Positions 44,631 to 55,171 of a stretch of 64,000 nt of DNA are shown here, in pieces (the stretch's first letter is position 1; each line of letters begins with the position of its first letter). The notes under the pieces are model-generated. The model ran no database searches. It saw nothing but the letters and a program-made list of their open reading frames with translations, and was not told the origin of the DNA. A program made the position numbers and the translations under genes. Location: NCBI GenBank assembly GCA_963847625.1, contig CAWKAR010000039.1, positions 1 to 64,000 on the forward strand, written 5' to 3'. The DNA comes from a candidate division FCPU426 bacterium (lineage in GTDB: Bacteria > Oederibacteriota > Muellerivitia > Muellerivitales > Muellerivitaceae).

Positions 44631-47600
44631 ATGAAAGAAGCCCAGACCCGAATCCCCGGAGCCAAATCTTTTTTAGCCGGATTAGGCATTTTCATATGGT
44701 GTCTTTGCGTGTTCATGAGACCTTGTCCCGCCTCGGCTTCCTGCCTTCCCGTCACCGTAACGGTCGCCAACAACCAGGGGGACAACAGTTCCGGGTCCCT
44801 GGGGGACGCCATCAACCAGGTCAATGCCAACGGCTCATGCGGTGGTGTGATCAACCTTTCGGGGATTTCGGGGCAAACCATCAGCTTGAGCGCGGGCCTT
44901 CCCACCCTGGCTGAAGGTGTGACGATTTTGAACAGCGGCACCCCGGTGATGATCAACGCCGTCAACGGCTCGAATACCTACCAGGTTTTCAACGTCACTA
45001 GTGTTCCAGCGAATATCACCGGGGTGCAAGTGAACGACGGAAGTTTAATCGGCACGGGCAACGTATCGGCTTCCAACGGGACACTTCAATTCAATGGTTC
45101 CTCGAATTCAGGCAATCCAGTTACAGTTTCCTCGAGCAGTTTGACCGTTTCCAACTCAACCCTGGGCCTTAACGGCGGGTCGGGCACACCGAACGGCGGC
45201 GCCGGCGGCGCGGCGAATTTAAATGTGTCCGGGAACACGTCGGTGGATCCCAGCACCGTGACAATCACGGGCGGGAACGGGACCGATAACAACAGCGGCG
45301 ATGGAGGTGCGGGCGGTGCGGCTACCGCGACCATCGGTTCCTTGAACCTGGCGGGGGATCTGGGCGGTCCTTCCACTTATCAAGTCACCGGCGGCAACGG
45401 CGGTAATGCTACCGGAGGGATTGGAAACGGCGGCGCGGGCGGCGACGGAATTTTTACTTCTTCCGGAGCGGTGTCGATTGATTCCAGCGACTTCAGTGCG
45501 GGCGGGGGCGGGGGAGGTTCCAGCTTTACCAGCATCGGCGGGAACGGCGGAAACGCGAACGTTTCCATCGGGACTGATTTAAATATAACGGCATCCAAAA
45601 ATTTGTCCATGTTTGCCGTGGTAGGTGGTTTGGGTGGAGTGAATAACGGTACCGGAATTGGCGGGAACGGTGGTACGGCTTCCCTGCCGGCCGGCGGAGC
45701 GGTGTCGGTTGATTCCAGTATTGTCGGCGCGGTCGGCGGAAGCGCGGTTTCTGGTAACGGGTCCGCGGGCACGACGGAGGGTTCGGGCGGGAACGCCTCG
45801 GCTTCCCTGGGAAGCTTGACGGTGACTTCCGATAATTACAACCTGAATGGCATTGGAACCCCCTCCGAGTTTTTAGTCATGGGCGGAGCGGGTGGAAACG
45901 AAAATGACTTAGGGAGTGGCGGAACCGGCGGATCGGCGGACTTGTCCACTTCTAACGCCGTGTCGGTGGACTCCAGCTCGGTGAGCGTGGGTGGGGGGGT
46001 AGGGGGTGCTAGTTATGGAGGCAACGGTGGAAACGGCGGGAACGCCTCGGTTTCCATAGGTTCCGATTTGATCGAAACAGCAAGCAACGTTTCCTCCGGC
46101 CTTAACGTGACCGGCGGGAATTCCGGAAACAACATTTGGAATTATGGCCATGGCACGAGCGGCACGGCTGGTTCGGCGGCCTTATCGGTCTCGGGCGCGG
46201 TGTCCGTGGATTCCAGCTCCGTGAGCGTCACGGGGGGCAACGCGGGTTATGGTTACGGATTAGGGGGCACGACCGGGGGTGCGGGTGGAAACGCCTCGGC
46301 CTCTTTGGGAAGCTTGAAGATAACCTCCGATAATTACAACCTGAATGGGATTGGAAACACTTCCAACTTTAACGTGTCGGGGGGGACGGGTGGAACCGAT
46401 TATTACCAAGGCGCCGGGGGGGACGGGGGTTCGGCGGCATTGTCGGTCGCTGGCGCGGTGTCGGTTGATTCAAGCGATGTCAACGTGGACGGGGGAAAGG
46501 GTGGTTATAGTTATTACGCCAACGGTGGAAACGGGGGAGACGCTACCGTTTTCGTCGGGTCCAATTTGACCGTAACGGGGGTAAACAATACCTCCAACTT
46601 CACAGTGGTGGGTGGGGCGAGTGCCGGCAATTACCAGGGAAACAGCGGGGTGGGCGGAGACGCGGCCTTGTCGGTCGTGGACGCGGTATCGGTGGATTCC
46701 AGCAATGTCAGCGTGGGTGGCGGTACGGGCATGATTTCCGCTTACGGCAATGGGGATAACGGCGGCAATGTGTCAGTTTCCATTGGGTCTAACCTGAGTG
46801 TGAACAACTCCTCCAACTTGAACGTGACCGGTGGAAGCGCGGAAATCGACTATCCTTGGATTAACAATGGATCCACGGGAGCGGGTGGTTCGGGCGGTTC
46901 GGCGGCCCTGTCGGCCGTGGGGGCTGTGCCGGTGGATTCCAGCGGCGTCACCGTGGCCGGTGGAACGGGAGCTGATAGCTACGGAGGCAACGGAGGAAAC
47001 GGGGGGAGTGCCTCGGTTTCCATAGGTTCCGGTTTGACCGTAACAGCAAGCAACGATTCCTCCAGCCTGTATGTGGCCGGTGGAAACGGCGGAAACAACT
47101 ATGATTGGTATGGTGTTGGAACCGGCGGCACGGGAGGTTCATCGAGTTTGTCTGTCGCTGGCGCGGTATCAGTGGATTCCAGTGACGTCAATGTGGCGGG
47201 TGGCTACACGGGCTATGGTTATGGATCAGGCTCAAGCGTGACCGAAGGGGCGGGCGGGAACGCCTCGGCTTCCCTGGGTGGTTTGACGCTAACTTCCGAT
47301 AATTACAACCAGAATGGCACCGGAACCACTTCAAACTTTACCGTGGTGGGTAGGGCGGGTGGGGACGATTATGGCAATGGCAACGGCGGGAACGGCGGTT
47401 CGGCCTCCTTATCCGTGTCTGATGCGGTGTCGGTGGATTCCAGTTCGGTAAGCGTGGCCGGCGGGACAGGCGGTTATAGCGCGGGCGCTAATGGTGGAAA
47501 CGGTGGAAATGCCAGCGTGTCCATCGGAACAAGTTTGACCCTGATGAATGCCTCCAACTTGGTTTTGAGCGGTGGAGCGGGCGGAAACAATAATACGGGC

Positions 47601-49997
47601 GGTAACGGCGGCAATGGCGGTGATGCTTCGCTGACGGCCTCGGGTTTAACCCTGGGAGCGGGAACCATCTTCAGTATGACTGGAGGAGCGGGAGGAAGCG
47701 GAGATAGTAACGATGGGTCCATGGGGAACGCTAACGCCGTGGTCGGCACTCTGAATGGGGCGGGTTATATCACCATGGGCGGTTCAACTGCGAATCTTCA
47801 GGTTAAACAAGGTTATTTCAGCGGTGTGATCGCGGGGAATGAAAGCCTAGACGTGACGGGGGGCGGGGCACTGACCCTGACGGGCTCCAACACCTATTCA
47901 GGCGGCACGACGATGGATTCAGGCACCTTGAACCTGGGGAACAACAACGCCCTGGGCACGGGGAACCTCACCCTGGAAGACGGCACGACCTTGCAGGCCG
48001 GGGTGAATAACCTGGCTGTCACGAATGCCGTATCCCTCAGTGGAACCGATACTTACGATTCCAATAGCGATAATTCGTCCCTGTCGGGGGTCATTAGCGG
48101 CACCGGTTCCTTGACGAAAATCAACGCGGGAGCTTTGACCCTGGCCAGCGCCAACACTTACAGCGGGGGGACGACGGTGGTTTCAGGCGCCTTGAACCTG
48201 GGGAACAACAACGCACTGGGCACGGGGAACCTGGCGCTGGAAAACGGCGCGACCTTGCAGGCCGGGGTGAATAACTTGGCGGTCACGAATGGGGTGTCCC
48301 TCAACGGGGCCGATACCTTGGATAAAAACGGTTATGATTCATCCCTTTCGGGCGTCCTCAGCGGTACGGGAAGCCTGGATGTGATAGGAGGCGGGACAGT
48401 CACTCTTGCGGGATCCAATACTTACTCGGGCGGCACAAACCTTAATGGGGGTACTTTGGTAGTGGCCAATAGTAATGCCTTGGGCACAGGCTCTGTAGTG
48501 AACGGCGGTATCTTGAGCATCAACGGCCCCATGACGGTTAATATCGGGGGCAATTACACCCAATCCTCCTCGGGAATTCTGCAATTGGGGATGGGGGGAA
48601 CAGCAGCGGGAACCTGGGATGTGTTGAATGTTTCAGGCGCGGCCAGCCTGAATGGGACCCTGTGGCTGGTTTCGGACAACGGGTTCCACTTGCATATACA
48701 TGGGACCGAGGACTTCGAAATCCTGTCGGCAGGAAGCGTGGGCGCAACGTTCACCACGTTTTCCGATATGATTACGGGCGATTCGGTTTCGTTGGTTTAC
48801 CAGTCGAAGGATGTGCTCTTGAAGGTGACCGGCCCGAGCTTCCAGTCCTTGGGTGGGACGCCCAACGAAGCCGCTGTCGGCGGCGTGTTGGATTACCTGA
48901 ACGCCCATTCGCCCGACCAGTCCTTGATCCATTATTTGAATACCCAATCCGATGCCGCGTTGCTGGGGATTTACGACAAAATCTCGCCGGCGGACTTGAC
49001 GCCACTGTACCGGATCAGTTTCAGCTCCGCCCAGGTTGAGGCGGGAATGGTGGAACAAAGGCTTGACCAGTTGTTCGGCAATTCCGGGGATGGTTCCAAG
49101 AATATTTCCTGGAACGGGGAAGAGCTCCTGTTCGCGGGCAGGCACTCGGCCAGGAGAGAAGCGAATATGGCCAAGGACCTCCAACCCGAGCACTGGGGAG
49201 TCTTTGCCGACGGAATCGGCGACTTCGGAACCGTCTCAGCCGACTCGAACGCCCCGGGGTACCAATATTCCACCGGCGGAATGGTCGCCGGGATGGATTA
49301 CCGGTTCTCGAAGGATTTGGTGGGAGGGTTGATGCTGGGTTACACCCAGTCGGGCAGCAGCCAATCCACCGGAACGGTGAACGTGACGGGCGGGCAATTG
49401 GGCCTCTACGGCGGGTGGAAACAAGGCCCGCTTCACGTGGAAGCGCTGGCCGCGGGAGGGATCAACAGTTACACCACCCAACGCGACTCCTTGGGAGGCA
49501 CGGCGTCGGGAAGCACACAGGGCCAACAACTTTCTGGCCAGATCGGCGCCGGATACGATTTGACCGTTGGGAATGCGAAGGTGGTGCCTTTCGTATCGGG
49601 CCAGTACACCCGAGTGGATGTCAACGGCTTCAACGAATTCGGCTCCCAGACGCCGTTGAATTACGCGGCGCAGGGGGAAGGGTGCTTGACCAGCGACCTG
49701 GGAGCGGGGGTAAGCCGCGACTGGTTCGCGGGAAACGTCGTTTTGGCGCCTAGCGTGAGCGCGGCCTGGGAGCATGTGTTCCAGGGCAACTTGGACAGCC
49801 TGGACGCGACCCTGGGAAGCGGCGGGAGCTTCACCGTGGACGGCCCGGCGACGGGGACCGACGCGTTGGTCTTGGCCGCAGGGTTGGACGCGCAATTCAC
49901 CAAAGGGTTCAAGGCCTATGTCTCGTGCCAAGGCAGGGTGGGATTGACGAACTTCTCCGGGCAAAACTTGACAGGCGGCGTGAACTTCGGGTTTTAA
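44631..49997 (+). CDS. Type Va autotransporter with Gly/Asn/Ser-rich repetitive passenger
   Basis: Signal peptide; about 10 AVSVDSS..GG.GG units; three LTL.G.NTYSGGT passenger-associated repeats; C-terminal barrel ending GGVNFGF. Confidence 0.93.
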   Translation: MKEAQTRIPGAKSFLAGLGIFIWCLCVFMRPCPASASCLPVTVTVANNQGDNSSGSLGDAINQVNANGSCGGVINLSGISGQTISLSAGLPTLAEGVTILNSGTPVMINAVNGSNTYQVFNVTSVPANITGVQVNDGSLIGTGNVSASNGTLQFNGSSNSGNPVTVSSSSLTVSNSTLGLNGGSGTPNGGAGGAANLNVSGNTSVDPSTVTITGGNGTDNNSGDGGAGGAATATIGSLNLAGDLGGPSTYQVTGGNGGNATGGIGNGGAGGDGIFTSSGAVSIDSSDFSAGGGGGGSSFTSIGGNGGNANVSIGTDLNITASKNLSMFAVVGGLGGVNNGTGIGGNGGTASLPAGGAVSVDSSIVGAVGGSAVSGNGSAGTTEGSGGNASASLGSLTVTSDNYNLNGIGTPSEFLVMGGAGGNENDLGSGGTGGSADLSTSNAVSVDSSSVSVGGGVGGASYGGNGGNGGNASVSIGSDLIETASNVSSGLNVTGGNSGNNIWNYGHGTSGTAGSAALSVSGAVSVDSSSVSVTGGNAGYGYGLGGTTGGAGGNASASLGSLKITSDNYNLNGIGNTSNFNVSGGTGGTDYYQGAGGDGGSAALSVAGAVSVDSSDVNVDGGKGGYSYYANGGNGGDATVFVGSNLTVTGVNNTSNFTVVGGASAGNYQGNSGVGGDAALSVVDAVSVDSSNVSVGGGTGMISAYGNGDNGGNVSVSIGSNLSVNNSSNLNVTGGSAEIDYPWINNGSTGAGGSGGSAALSAVGAVPVDSSGVTVAGGTGADSYGGNGGNGGSASVSIGSGLTVTASNDSSSLYVAGGNGGNNYDWYGVGTGGTGGSSSLSVAGAVSVDSSDVNVAGGYTGYGYGSGSSVTEGAGGNASASLGGLTLTSDNYNQNGTGTTSNFTVVGRAGGDDYGNGNGGNGGSASLSVSDAVSVDSSSVSVAGGTGGYSAGANGGNGGNASVSIGTSLTLMNASNLVLSGGAGGNNNTGGNGGNGGDASLTASGLTLGAGTIFSMTGGAGGSGDSNDGSMGNANAVVGTLNGAGYITMGGSTANLQVKQGYFSGVIAGNESLDVTGGGALTLTGSNTYSGGTTMDSGTLNLGNNNALGTGNLTLEDGTTLQAGVNNLAVTNAVSLSGTDTYDSNSDNSSLSGVISGTGSLTKINAGALTLASANTYSGGTTVVSGALNLGNNNALGTGNLALENGATLQAGVNNLAVTNGVSLNGADTLDKNGYDSSLSGVLSGTGSLDVIGGGTVTLAGSNTYSGGTNLNGGTLVVANSNALGTGSVVNGGILSINGPMTVNIGGNYTQSSSGILQLGMGGTAAGTWDVLNVSGAASLNGTLWLVSDNGFHLHIHGTEDFEILSAGSVGATFTTFSDMITGDSVSLVYQSKDVLLKVTGPSFQSLGGTPNEAAVGGVLDYLNAHSPDQSLIHYLNTQSDAALLGIYDKISPADLTPLYRISFSSAQVEAGMVEQRLDQLFGNSGDGSKNISWNGEELLFAGRHSARREANMAKDLQPEHWGVFADGIGDFGTVSADSNAPGYQYSTGGMVAGMDYRFSKDLVGGLMLGYTQSGSSQSTGTVNVTGGQLGLYGGWKQGPLHVEALAAGGINSYTTQRDSLGGTASGSTQGQQLSGQIGAGYDLTVGNAKVVPFVSGQYTRVDVNGFNEFGSQTPLNYAAQGEGCLTSDLGAGVSRDWFAGNVVLAPSVSAAWEHVFQGNLDSLDATLGSGGSFTVDGPATGTDALVLAAGLDAQFTKGFKAYVSCQGRVGLTNFSGQNLTGGVNFGF

Positions 49998-50021
49998 GAA
50001 GAAAAATTTAGCTTTAAAAAC

Positions 50022-50081
50022 AAGGGGCCTCGCCCTGAAGAGACCGACGGGTCTATTTCAGGGCTTGGCCCTTATTTTTTT
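50022..50081 (+). terminator. Probable intrinsic terminator after the autotransporter
   Basis: Imperfect long stem (GGGCC/GGCCC, GCCCTGAA/TTCAGGGC) followed by a T tract. Confidence 0.65.
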
Positions 50082-50153
50082 GATACCTGAATTTTCGCCT
50101 AATCGACACCCCCGGTATTCCCCAAGAATACCCCCCCACTAACCAAAATAATA

Positions 50154-50255
50154 TCTAGCCACGGATGCATGGGATTCATGAGATTTTAAAAACACAAATA
50201 ATTAAAGCCTTTTTCTTAGGCCTATCTGAGTGCATCCCCTGAATCCGTGGTTAAG
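50154..50255. repeat. ~102-bp inverted-repeat miniature element, copy 2 (uninterrupted)
   Basis: Reverse-complement homolog of 25908-26090 without the nested insertion. Confidence 0.85.
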
Positions 50256-50284
50256 AGTCGGTTTTTTGGAAAACGGAGGCCGTT

Positions 50285-50394
50285 AACCCGGTGAACGCTG
50301 CTGGCACCCAGTACGCGGGGCCGGGAACCCAGTATAGGGTGCCGTAAACCCGGTATTTGGAGAGATAACCCAGTAAACGGAGACGGTAACCCAG
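50285..50394. repeat. Six (A/C)ACCC(A/G)G motifs with 20-21-bp period
   Basis: Starts at 50285, 50305, 50326, 50347, 50367 and 50388; 50307-50334 is 25/28 identical to 19003-19030. Confidence 0.85.
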
Positions 50395-50470
50395 ATAGCA
50401 TGAATGGGCCAGCGACCTTCGTAGTAGGCTTTGATCAATAGCAGCTGATCAAAATAACGCGGGTTGCTCC
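50393..50470 (+). mobile_element. Isolated left end of a sister IS1111-group element
   Basis: Matches 21379-21455 with 4 substitutions and 1 indel; the match begins exactly at AGATAGC. Confidence 0.9.
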
Positions 50471-50471
50471 G

Positions 50472-50780
50472 TCCTCCACACCCCTTCCGTCCTGCTCTGA
50501 GTTCTCCATCTCGAAGAACGTGTTTTTCCCGTCAAACGGGGCGGTATCGATTTATGTTTCCTATTGCCAGTACCCGGGTGCCTTTTCCTTAGGAATCTAT
50601 AATTCGGCCGGGGAACACATCAAAACCCTGGATGAGCGGTATTTAGAAGCCCCGATTGCCGCTTCTTACCTTTGGGACGGGAAGAACAAATTTGGGGACC
50701 CCTGCGCGAGCGGAGTATATCTCATTTCCTTGATGGAACCCTATGATCACAAGTTGAAAAGGGTCATCCTCATCAAGTAA
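50472..50780 (+). pseudogene. Orphan C-terminal FlgD-Ig/T9SS-like domain of a decapitated secreted protein
   Basis: SSTPLPSCSEFSISKNVF...IYNSAGEHIKTL...WDGKNK...SGVYLI...KRVILIK, paralogous to the tail of 4252-5748; no RBS or signal peptide. Confidence 0.8.
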
Positions 50781-51180
50781 CTGGTTTCAAATTATTTTGT
50801 TTCACCCGATCCCACCCCCTAAAAACAAAGTTAGGAAGTTAGCCCCAACTGTTTTTTGACAGTTGGGACAACCAAGTCTCGCCATTCGACGCCGGATATT
50901 TTTAACTTTTGATCCGGCACATCTAAACCATGCCTCTCGACTTGTAGCTTCGAGGCAAGAGCTTGTAGGCTCATGGCAGGTACAGTTAGAAATTAACTGC
51001 AAAACACCAATTTAAGTGGCATCCCATTTGGGTAGGTGCATTTATTCCTCCTTCATGTATATAATGAGCAAGGTTTTACTTTGGCCGGGTGAAAAACCAA
51101 GTCTTTTATCCGCCATAGATAGGTTGCCTATCCGAACGAATCCTATGGAAACTTTTAGATGGCATTTTTACGGGTCGGCA

Positions 51181-51224
51181 TGAAAGCGCTTGAAAGCTTG
51201 AAACCGGAATGAAAACCGCTTTCG
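51181..51224. promoter_or_regulatory. LacI-family operator-like sites upstream of the LacI gene
   Basis: TGAAAGCGCTTGAA and TGAAAACCGCTTTCG, palindrome-like with central CG. Confidence 0.5.
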
Positions 51225-51258
51225 TGGAAAAATTTTCCTTTTAGGAACAAGGAGTCTT

Positions 51259-52287
51259 ATGTCCACCAATACCATTTATGAAGTCGCCCAAAAGGCGGGC
51301 GTTTCCATTTCCACTGTTTCACGGGTCTTGAACAAAAATCCGAATGTCCTGGAAGAGACCCGAAGAAAGGTTTTGAAAGCCATCGAGGAACTCCACTTCA
51401 GGCCCAACCCCATTGCGCGCGGCTTGGTGATCAAGCAGACGAACCTGATCGAGGTTTTCTTTTCCTGGCCGGGCTACCGGTTCAACCTGGAAAGCGCCTG
51501 GTACGTGGAACTCCTCAACGGCGTCAACCAAGTTGTCCAGGAAAACCAGTTCGGCCTTTTGATCAACACCATCGCGGGGGTTTTCGACCCGCAAGAGGTC
51601 TATAAGCGGGTTTTCAATAACGTCGTGGATGGGATCCTCATGGTTTCGCCTTATCTGGAGGAAAAGGATTTGGTTGAGATCCTGAGCGATCGGGTGCCCA
51701 TCGTGCTCGTCGGTTACCGGACCTCGGACCCGAAACTGGATTTCGTGGACAGCGACAATGTCCAGGCTGTAGGCCAGGTGGTCGACCACCTGGCGGGATT
51801 AAAGCACAAGAAAATCGCCATCATCACGGGGCAGGTGGATAACTCGCGCAACGCCACAGACCGCTTGGAAGGTTTCCGCTCCGCCATGGATAAACACGGA
51901 TTCAAGATCCCGCCGGAATACATCGTGGGCGGGGATTTTCTTTTGGAATCCGGCGAGGAAGCCATGAAAAAACTTTTGGCGCTCCGCGACAGGCCGACGG
52001 CGGTCTTCGCGTCCAACGATCTCATGGCATTGGGGGCCATCAAGGCTCTGGAAAAAGCCAAATTGAAAGTGGGGAAGGATATCGCCTTGGTTGGCTTTGA
52101 TGATATTCCCGAGGCTTCCACCCCGCCCCATTCCCTCACCACCATTCATCAGGATTACCGGTCTATCAGCGTGGAAGCCACCCGAATCCTGTTGCAGAAG
52201 ATCCGGGAACCGGAACAATGGAAGACACGCCAATTGCTGGTCCCGGCCCAACTGGTGGTACGGCAATCCTGCGGATCAAAGAAATAA
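51259..52287 (+). CDS. LacI-family transcriptional regulator
   Basis: TIYEVAQKAGVSISTVSRVLN HTH, PNPIARGL hinge, PTAVFASND, GFDD and LVVRQS. Confidence 0.96.
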   Translation: MSTNTIYEVAQKAGVSISTVSRVLNKNPNVLEETRRKVLKAIEELHFRPNPIARGLVIKQTNLIEVFFSWPGYRFNLESAWYVELLNGVNQVVQENQFGLLINTIAGVFDPQEVYKRVFNNVVDGILMVSPYLEEKDLVEILSDRVPIVLVGYRTSDPKLDFVDSDNVQAVGQVVDHLAGLKHKKIAIITGQVDNSRNATDRLEGFRSAMDKHGFKIPPEYIVGGDFLLESGEEAMKKLLALRDRPTAVFASNDLMALGAIKALEKAKLKVGKDIALVGFDDIPEASTPPHSLTTIHQDYRSISVEATRILLQKIREPEQWKTRQLLVPAQLVVRQSCGSKK

Positions 52288-52544
52288 CCCGATGTCAATG
52301 TCCGAAAGGGACGAGTACCAGGAATATTTTAACCTTTGTGATGAGGAATATAGATCCATTCGATTCTGGAGGCATGTTTCCATTTATCGTCAATTCCCGT
52401 TAAATTCGGCGCAAATTCCAAGTAATTATATTTAGTTTAACAAGGCCCATGTGCCAACTAGGGACGTTGCAGGACCCGCGCAGGGCTGATACAATGCCTC
52501 CGCTTCATCTGGATGGTCTTATTTCTTTTAATTTAGGAAACCAA

Positions 52545-53198
52545 ATGCGAGCATTTCTTTGGATTCTCGGAATTCTTTTTTTATTGGCCTTGGGATACGC
52601 CCTCGTCACTGGATTGGGATTGGGGGGAGTTTTCAAGCACCATAAAAACTTGGCGAAGAGTTTTGTGATCACGGATTTCGAATATCCCGCCGACGATTTC
52701 GACTGGATGACCGGGGGTTACGTTAAAATCGAACCGTCAAAGGAAAACCAGACTCACGGCAAACTTTGCGCGAAGGCCACTTTCTTCCTGGAAAATCAGT
52801 TTTTCCCAACGCCCACGCCGGGCGCCGACTGGCGGCCCCAAATGGCGCTGGACACCAATTCGGTCACCCAACTGAAGGTTTACGAGTGGCAGGAATATGC
52901 CGACCTGAAACTGGATGTCTTTAATCCGCAAGATCATCCGGTCACCTACCATATGGAAGTGGCGGATTCCCACGCTTATGTTTTTTCCGACATCTCTGGG
53001 CCGCTGACCCCGAAAAAAGTCACCAACATCGATGTCCCCTTGGACCAGTTGATCCAAGCCCGGCTGGATTTAAGCAATATCCGGTCCATCAAGTTTTGGG
53101 TGGATATGGCGGGGGCCACAGAACCCATCGTGGTTTACCTGGACTACCTGCGCCTGGAGGGCGACGCAACCGCGCCCAAGCCAGCCGTTAAACATTAA
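52545..53198 (+). CDS. Membrane-anchored carbohydrate-binding-module-like protein
   Basis: N-terminal TM; TDFE start, EWQEYADLKLDVFNP, LDLSNIRSIKF and YLDYLRLE jelly-roll pattern. Confidence 0.6.
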   Translation: MRAFLWILGILFLLALGYALVTGLGLGGVFKHHKNLAKSFVITDFEYPADDFDWMTGGYVKIEPSKENQTHGKLCAKATFFLENQFFPTPTPGADWRPQMALDTNSVTQLKVYEWQEYADLKLDVFNPQDHPVTYHMEVADSHAYVFSDISGPLTPKKVTNIDVPLDQLIQARLDLSNIRSIKFWVDMAGATEPIVVYLDYLRLEGDATAPKPAVKH

Positions 53199-53824
53199 TC
53201 AAAAATCCAGTTCTGATTAATTCAATGTTTCAATTCTTAGCAAGTTATTTTGCCCTGAAATCCAATCGAATCTCTTGATTATAAGGGTTTCTGGTTTAAC
53301 CTTCCTAAGATATAAGTTCTAATCAATCCTTAACCTGCGATTAGATTTGTCCTTAATTTTTATTCCTGAAAAGAAGCAATTGCGAATCAATTTTTTCTTC
53401 GTGGACGTATATCGGCTTGGAAAAGTTCATTTAAGAAACAACAAGGTTAATGCCGTCAACGACTAATGATCGGTTTTGAAACTGATGGTTGCCTGCTACC
53501 AGAATATATCTAATCAGACTGTACGTCCTAGAGACATTACTTTTCAGCCATTTTACGGACAGGACGATCTGAAAAGAAGATTTGTCAATCTGGAAGGAAA
53601 CGGGAAATATCCCAAATCAGTTAGTCGAATTGAAAACGGAAAGTATAATTAAGCTATGAATAGCCTGCCGTCATGCCCGAAAAAGTTTATTCGAAAAGTT
53701 TCATGAAAAATTTTCTCCATATTTCGTTAAGGTAATAAGCCATGGAAGTCTTTTTGAAGAATTTATTAATTCGTGAGATCTGATTTATAAAATAAAAAAG
53801 AGATTACGAAAATAAAAGAGTCTT

Positions 53825-54994
53825 ATGAATCAGATGCATTCAGGCCGAATTGAGGTTTTGGATTCCTTGCGCGGCGTTGCAGCTATGCAGGTGGTATTCA
53901 ATCATTTTTTGATCGTGTTTCCTCTTTTTTTTGAAGCGACCCTCCACCTAGCGTCAAATCAACCTTTGATGGCGAAGTTGATGGTTTATACGCCGCTCCA
54001 TATCCTATGGGCGGGGCATGAGGCTGTTATCTTCTTTTTCACTTTGAGCGGATTTGTTTTGTCCTTACCTTATGTGAATAGGAATCCACTTTTTTACCGA
54101 CCCTACCTGATTAGGAGATTTTGCCGAATTTATATTCCTTTTTTCACTCTTATTTCTCTCTCCCTTATTTTATATAAGAGGGGTCTAGGTTTTTTTGCGA
54201 TTCCAGGTGTCAGCTGTTGGACTAACAGTTTTTTTTCTAAAACCATCACTTGGCGGGAAATGCTGAAAATCTATACCGGGTTCGACGATATCTACACCTA
54301 TAACTTGGCTCCCACTGTTTGGAGTCTAAACCACGAGATGCGCATCTCAATTGTTTTTCCCTTCTTGGCTAACATGGTGGTGAAATTAAATTGGAGAGAA
54401 AATTTGGGAATGGGTTTTTTGTTAGCAGCTCTAGGAGGGGGATTGATCAATGAGAAAATATTATCCGCTGGAGAATTGAATAGAACATTTTTCTACACCT
54501 CTTTTTTTATCTTTGGGGCCCTTCTGGCGAAACATCGGGATTGGGTTTTAGGGGCCATTGGGAAATACAATGGCGGCCTAAGAACATTGTTCTTAGCCTC
54601 TGCTTTAATCTTGTATAACATTCGCTGGTCGGGATTGGTGGAAGAAAAATCATCTTTTTCCCCTGTTGGTCATGAAGTTTTCTGCGATTTGTCAGTAGGA
54701 CTGGCGTCACTTTATTTCATCGGTGCGTCTTTGGGATGGAAGCTAAATAAAAAGAATTTTGTTCAAGGAACCTTTTTGTGGATTGGGAAAATTTCCTTCA
54801 GCCTTTATTTGATCCATCCGTTGATATTATTCATGAGTATTTATTATTTTAGGCATTTCTTGCCAATAATCATTAGCGACTTCCTGGGTTTGTCCTTTGC
54901 AATATTTGTGGCTTGGCTTTTCTATCGTTGGATAGAATGTCCTTCCACACAATTGGGTAAAAAACTTTCCAAACATTCCATTTTCACGGGCTAG
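53825..54994 (+). CDS. Acyltransferase family 3 (OafA-like), AT-rich
   Basis: LDSLRGVAA..VVFNH, FFTLSGFVL, RRFCRIY, WSLNHE and GKISFSLYLIH. Confidence 0.92.
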   Translation: MNQMHSGRIEVLDSLRGVAAMQVVFNHFLIVFPLFFEATLHLASNQPLMAKLMVYTPLHILWAGHEAVIFFFTLSGFVLSLPYVNRNPLFYRPYLIRRFCRIYIPFFTLISLSLILYKRGLGFFAIPGVSCWTNSFFSKTITWREMLKIYTGFDDIYTYNLAPTVWSLNHEMRISIVFPFLANMVVKLNWRENLGMGFLLAALGGGLINEKILSAGELNRTFFYTSFFIFGALLAKHRDWVLGAIGKYNGGLRTLFLASALILYNIRWSGLVEEKSSFSPVGHEVFCDLSVGLASLYFIGASLGWKLNKKNFVQGTFLWIGKISFSLYLIHPLILFMSIYYFRHFLPIIISDFLGLSFAIFVAWLFYRWIECPSTQLGKKLSKHSIFTG

Positions 54995-55030
54995 AAAGAA
55001 ATTCCTAAAACTAAAACCCAATTCATTTAT

Positions 55031-55171
55031 GGGAACCTCTAAAAATTCATTTAAGCCCTCGCCCCTTGAGGGAGAGGGTAGGGTGAGGGGTAAAAAACCT
55101 CGCTATTTCCACCCTCATCCCATCCTTCTCCCCTCTAGGGAGAAGGGGAACGGCAATTTATAGAGGTACCC
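55031..55171. mobile_element. 141-bp MITE-like element enclosing two REP-like hairpins
   Basis: IRs GGGAACCTCTAAAAATT and AATTTATAGAGGTACCC (15/17); internal CCCTCGCCC..GGGAGAGGG and CCTTCTCCC..GGGAGAAGG hairpins. Confidence 0.65.
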
